From contig CM108484.1 of assembly GCA_048537945.1 (NCBI GenBank), positions 9,059,785 through 9,123,784 on the forward strand: a stretch of 64,000 nt of DNA, read 5' to 3'. Position numbers and translations under genes: made by a program. The stretch's first letter is position 1. Every line of letters begins with the position of its first letter. Source of the stretch: Mnemiopsis leidyi (lineage: Eukaryota). The notes beneath the pieces were generated by a model. The model did no database searches and was not told the origin of the DNA. It worked only from the letters and a program-made list of their open reading frames with translations. This document shows, piece after piece, positions 59,186-64,000 of the stretch.

Positions 59186-60060
59186 GTGAGTGGGGCAATT
59201 GGCGCCAATGGATCCACTCAATGGAAAGAATGGATGTTCCAATGGCGCCAATGGCGATGAGGTCAGTGGTGCCAATGGTGGTCCCCATCGCCGGTGCCAA
59301 TGGATGTGTTCCATTGACGACAATGGCTATCGCCATTGGCGACCATTGGATCATTTATAGTGGATCCATTGGAACCACTCGATGGCGATACCTTTTTCAC
59401 GATCACCACTCAGAGTGATTGGATCATTTGGAATTACAATGGCGACAATGGTAGCAATGGTGACAATGGTACCAATGGTGACAATGGTACGGACAATGGC
59501 GACATTGGTGACAATGGCACCAATGGCAACAATGGCGTCAATGGCGTCAATGGCGATAATCAGATAATAATTATACCGAATTATCGGCATTAACGACAGT
59601 GGTGCCATTGCGCCAATGTTGCCATTGTCGGCCCCATTGTCACCATTGTCACCACTGTCGCTATTTTTGAGGTATCATTTTTATCTTTGCCTGATTACTA
59701 TTGTTCCATTGGTACCATTTTTGCCATTGTCGGTACCATTGTCGCCATTGGTACCATTGTCGCCATTGGTACCATTGTTGCCATTGCTACCATTGTCGGC
59801 TGTCGCCATTCTAATTCCAAATGATCCATTCACTCTGAGTGGTGATCGTGAAAAAGGTAATGCCATCGAGTGGTTCCAATGGATCCATGATATAATATCC
59901 AATGGCGATAGCCATTGTCGCCAATGGAACACATCTATTGGCGCCAATGGCAATGGGGACCACCATTGGCACCACTGACCCTATCGCCATTGGCGCCATT
60001 GGAACATCCATCTGTTCCATTGAGTGGATCCATTGGCCCCTATTGCCCCACTCACCAAAC
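59186..60060. repeat. ~870-bp near-perfect palindrome built from 9-bp CCAATGG(N2)-type units (left arm 59186-59578, right arm 59595-60060)
   Basis: Left arm: GGTGAGTGGGGCAATTGGCGCCAATGGATCCACTCAATGG...(CAATGGTGA/CAATGGTAC/CAATGGCGA)n. Right arm is its reverse complement: ...CCATTGAGTGGATCCATTGGCCCCTATTGCCCCACTCACC. About 90 CCAAT/ATTGG motifs, many in NF-Y-like context (RRCCAATGG). Lies 1.75 kb upstream of the clathrin heavy chain ATG. Confidence 0.9.
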
Positions 60061-60204
60061 TATATGACCCTTTTACCCAAATTTATATTATACAGATTAG
60101 AACAAAATCTACAAAGTTGTGAAACCGTGTCAATCAACATAACATACAATAAGCATATTTGTAGTAGCAGCGGATAGTTATTTAGTCTCATAATAGTTCT
60201 GATT

Positions 60205-60600
60205 TGAATGTTACTTTTCTCTGTATGACTAAGAAATGCGATCTTTTCCTAAAAGATGGCATTTCTTAGTCATACAGAGAAAAGTAACATTCAAATCATA
60301 CAATAAGCAAGCAAATTCAGTCAATATTAGATTGGAGAAGATTTTTTGAATAAGTGAGTCTTAAAGTCGTCCCTTGAAATTTTTAACAGAAGCTGATGTT
60401 TGTATGGCCCCAGGAAGACCATTCCAAAGCTTTGCTGCACAGGAAGTGAAGGCTCTGTCATCAAATGATGATTTGGACACACATGTCTGTATTGATGGTA
60501 ACCTACTTCCACTTAGGTTACAGTACTTAACCAGATTAGAGATATAATCTGGTGCAATACCATTTAGAGCCTTATGAGTCACAAGTAATATCTTGAACTT
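60205..60600 (-). mobile_element. Degenerate interspersed-repeat ORF remnant (conserved ...AFTSCAAKLWNGLP..I..S.SV..FK..LKTHLF tail) adjacent to a 90-bp perfect palindrome (60205-60297)
   Basis: The minus-strand ORFs 60361-60582 and 60327-60512 (frameshifted) encode the widely dispersed metazoan repeat-borne peptide motif DRAFS.AAPKLWN.LP...FK.RLKTHLF. TTTGAATGTTACTTTTCTCTGTATGACTAAGAAATGC / GCATTTCTTAGTCATACAGAGAAAAGTAACATTCAAA forms a hairpin. The element class is not determined. Confidence 0.45.
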
Positions 60601-61820
60601 GATCCTTTCTGAGAATTAATTACTGTAATAGCATCGAATTTGAAACATATTATTTTTCCAGGTTCATGCATGTTACTTAGTTGAAATTAAACTTCCATTT
60701 CAACAACCTTCAAAAAACCGTTCAAATTATGGTCGAAATCATGGGTTATTTTCAGATGTTATATTACGCTCACCTCAGTAAAATGCTGAAACTTAGCTGC
60801 CCCAAAACTCCAATGGTCCAGAATCAGTTGTTTCTAATTTTCTTGTTTCACTGTACATTTTCAATCTTCACCATCTTTCATTCCCAAGAACAGGTTCTAA
60901 AAATCACTTTCATGTGCTCCTAAGTTCAAATTGGTTTGATTTCGACATAGTTGTATGACACAGTTAAGATTAAAACAATGTTATAGGTTAGCTTTATGTC
61001 TGCTGAAAAATGGCGTCTGTTGTCTGATAAGCCTCTTAAAAAACAAAAGACGGGAGGATTATGTTGTGCTTTTGGTTACTGTGCCAACTGTATTTCTGGG
61101 AACAAAATCAGTGCCATTACAGATAGAGGGTTCCTTTTTGTAGTTCTTACAAAAGCACAAACAGAAGGCAGCCAATTGGCAGAAGAAACCGGCTAGTTTT
61201 ACCTTGATGTGTTCAGAGTTGTACTTAGGATAAGATATAAATATACAGATGGACATTACAGGAATTTTGATCATAGTGTTTATAAGCTAGTGATGAAATT
61301 TCTGGTAAGACTGTGATTACTTAATCATTTGAAATCATCAACGTTCCATTGAGTCAGCATGGAGCAGCACCCAGCATCCCTGGGCCAGGTTGAGGCTGCT
61401 TATTTGCTGAATTCCAGCACCTATCTCTTTATGTCACATTGCCGAGTTCCCATGCATGCTGGCCTGTCGTAGGAATTACAAACTTTGAGTGACTCAGGCC
61501 TTAAATATGGACCAATGTTACGATATCACGTTCAACTATATTTTAAGTCAAAGTCGTTTCTTGGCAATATATCACCTTTAAACAACCTTAAACAACATAT
61601 TACACCAATGAATACCATTCCTAGCCAGCAGCCTGTATCATTAGTAGTACACTAGCAGGGACTCTCAGGCAGATGATTTTACTCCCTCTTCGCTTGGTCT
61701 TTGTTATTGTTATAATGTTTGTTTCACACATTTTTTCACTGTATTTTTAACTGTTCATTACAAATATTCTTATGACAATTACCTGTAGGGTAGGGTAGCT
61801 GTAAAACCGAAGGAGCCAAC

Positions 61821-61862
61821 ATGGCACAAGTGATGCCAATTCGGTTTCAGGAGCATTTACAG
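61821..61862 (+). CDS. CLTC: Clathrin heavy chain exon 1 ([14 protein letters not shown])
   Basis: ATG at 61821, donor GTAACT at 61863. Matches human [14 protein letters not shown]. Confidence 0.9.
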
Positions 61863-63083
61863 GTAACTTTTATTCAGTTTAAATTATTTGTTGTTTGAAC
61901 TTATTTTGCCATTAGGGCTTTTAGACTGTGTAAACTTTGTCTTCAGATGCTAGACATTTCAGATAATTATTTATGTCAAGAAAATTTATGTTTTGTCAAC
62001 TATGTATCGAAACACTGGACAACTTAGTAATTTAATGCTGTGTTAAATTTTTCAAGAAATTATGCTACGATTGTTTAAATAAAAATAGAAGATGATTTCT
62101 AATGGAGACCTTCAATGGAGAACCTAAAGTTCTTTAATCATGTTTCGAACAGTATTTGTTAACTTAATCAGCCCTTAAATTTTTCACGATGATAATTATT
62201 TATTAATAGTGTTAAACCTATTTTTAGCTCTTAGTGGGGTTGGCTACTAATAGTGAATAATCAAATTCAAAAATATCACTGGTAACTGCATCTTACATTC
62301 ATCTATTTCAGCTCACCAATATTGGCATTAACAGTGCCAACATCGGCTTCTCGATGATTACCATGGAATCAGATAAATTCATTTGTATCAGAGAAAAAAA
62401 TGGGGATCAGTCACAAGTAAGTCATGGTCCTGTCATGGGACTATTTTTACTTCCTCTACTTCAATAAGACAGTACAGTGTGAATTACTATGTGCAGTCGT
62501 GCACAGGGGCGTAGCCAGGGGGATCCATTGGATACCAGGATCCCCCTCTTGAAATGAAAATTTAGAAAAAATTTTAAGACTACAATATACTTTCATACTT
62601 TACATTGTTTCCTACTTTACTTACAATTTATTATACATTGTCATTCACAAATTATTTAATTTATATGATATATCTTAAAATTGCACTTTCATTAAGTTCA
62701 AGTCAATGCAAAGGCAAAAATATATTGATGGTACTGATTAAAGCTTCAAGCTACGATCAAATAATTTTAATTTCTATAAAAAGGCTCTATCGTATTCTAT
62801 GATTGATTGACCTCTGCTTAAACTCGCTGGCATCACCATCGTCGATTTCGGATCACCCCTTCCAAAAATCCTAGCTACGCCCCTGTTCATGCAGACGATC
62901 TTTAAGAATGACCACCAGACTGCAAATTTCTAAGTGCCTTAATATTTTTGTACTTTTCAATATTTCCTTCTCCATTTCAGGTAGTTATAGTTGATATGGC
63001 AGATCCAAATAACCCATTGCGGCGTCCAATTTCTGCAGACTCTGCCATTATGAACCCCTCAAGCAAAGTTATAGCTCTCAAAG
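61821..63083 (+). CDS. CLTC: Clathrin heavy chain, 5' end (coding exons 1-3; the gene continues past the window)
   Basis: [14 protein letters not shown] | [35 protein letters not shown] | [34 protein letters not shown](G). This is essentially identical to the human CLTC N-terminus, and the exon 1/2 boundary falls at the same residue. Exons: 61821-61862, 62312-62416, 62981-63083. Confidence 0.9.
62312..62416 (+). CDS. CLTC: Clathrin heavy chain exon 2
   Basis: [35 protein letters not shown] matches human [35 protein letters not shown]. Acceptor TTTCAG, donor GTAAGT. Confidence 0.9.
62504..62884 (+). mobile_element. MITE family 2 (381 bp; TIRs CAGGGGCGTAGCCAGGGGGATCC ... GGATCACCCCTTCCAAAAATCCTAGCTACGCCCCTG) in clathrin heavy chain intron 2
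   Basis: Terminal inverted repeat CAGGGGCGTAGC / GCTACGCCCCTG with an AT-rich interior. A second copy is split at 50261-50340 plus 51500-51960. Confidence 0.75.
62981..63083 (+). CDS. CLTC: Clathrin heavy chain exon 3
   Basis: [34 protein letters not shown] matches human [34 protein letters not shown]. Acceptor TTTCAG, donor GTATGT. Ends in phase 1. Confidence 0.9.
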
Positions 63084-63667
63084 GTATGTATTATTTTGTT
63101 TAGAATTTCACTATCACAAGATACATCAACAAAATCATCATGAAAAATTATAAACAGAAGCATAATTGACGTGTAAACATTGAACATATACACAAGCACT
63201 CTCAACCCAGGATTCTGCTAGCTCCAACGATAAATAAGCAAGGGTTGCCCTTTATAAACGTTAATGATACCAGAAAGATTTTCTTCCAGCCGTTCCGGGG
63301 CGTGTCTGAATGTTAGGCTTTTTATCGGTACTTGGTAGAGCCTTTGTTTTGTTATCTTGTTTTATGCCATGTTTTAAACCATGTTTTAAACCATGGACAC
63401 GATTAAGATTCGCAACTCTTAGAAGTGCCGTAATAGCATTGCCAGGTTTACGGGGGAAGAATCGCTTTCATGACACCGGACTAGATGAAGTGACACTATA
63501 TAAAGTCCATAGGTCATATGAAATGAAATAAAAACTATATTTCACTAAGAACTCTTGAATAACTGTCGGGTTAATGTAAATTTGGTTCATGATATTTTAT
63601 TTATCTATATTTTTTAAGTGTAAAATGTTTCAAACGAATTCCTGGCCTGCTTCAAGCAGGAAGTTAT

Positions 63668-63706
63668 ATCTTAGCTAGGTGCTTTTGCACCTAGCTAAGA
63701 TATACC
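63668..63706. repeat. Perfect 17-bp-stem hairpin (ATATCTTAGCTAGGTGC TTTTG GCACCTAGCTAAGATAT) in clathrin intron 3
   Basis: Direct reading: an exact inverted repeat with a 5-nt loop. Confidence 0.8.
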
Positions 63707-64000
63707 TTACAAGACATTTTTGTGGCGGATTAATTTGCGACGACCGAAATTTTGGCGGTCCGAAAATATGGCGAAATTGAACAAAAACCGTCACATTTCG
63801 GACGTCACAGAAAATAAGGGTATTTTTCATCATTTTGTTGTCTGACACAATGGAAATTCAAAATTTTCTAAAAATCGGTAAAATCATGTTGAAACAAAAT
63901 GAAACTTATACATCGATTTCTTCATCGTTGTTAGGAAATGTTACAGTGAATATTTTTCTAGTGAGGTTCAACGTCAGCTGACTACAGGTGTCGGTGCACA

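Noticed and set aside
59221-60020. ORFs encoding [20 protein letters not shown] and MAPMAM repeats
   Set aside because: These are translations of the CCAATGG-unit palindrome in different frames and strands. They are low complexity, mirror-symmetric across the palindrome centre, and have no start or splice context.

Overview
This is eukaryotic (metazoan, probably invertebrate) nuclear DNA, not a prokaryotic locus. Splicing is GT-AG and the sequence is AT-rich. Three protein-coding genes can be reconstructed by hand from conserved exon translations. (1) An ArfGAP2/3-family gene lies on the + strand: 15 coding exons, ATG at 3163, stop at 10422. (2) A major vault protein (MVP) gene lies on the - strand, convergent with the ArfGAP gene: 16 coding exons, ATG at 52493, stop at 11510-11512. 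Its intron 9 (13697-46639, about 33 kb) is almost entirely a ~178-bp satellite array. (3) The first three coding exons of clathrin heavy chain lie on the + strand from 61821 and run off the window. The rest is repeat-dominated. Satellite family A (~178-bp monomer with higher-order repeats) occurs in four blocks with alternating orientation, roughly 14150-14790 (-), 15790-18750 (+), 18790-20600 (-) and 21845-45447 (+). A second satellite (family B, ~130 bp) occurs in bounded blocks at four loci. There are four copies of a tRNA-derived SINE, two MITE families with distinct terminal inverted repeats (nested in MVP intron 1 and in clathrin intron 2), a complex foldback-type inverted-repeat element (55240-57130), an ~870-bp perfect palindrome built from about 90 CCAATGG-type 9-bp units (59186-60060) 1.75 kb upstream of the clathrin start, a retroelement tail remnant, and a CpG-island-like segment (560-900). 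None of the six-frame ORFs inside the satellites, the palindrome or the MITEs are genes. The most unusual observations are the satellite-filled MVP intron, the array inversions that break at the same position of a hairpin-containing variant monomer, and the CCAAT-motif palindrome.
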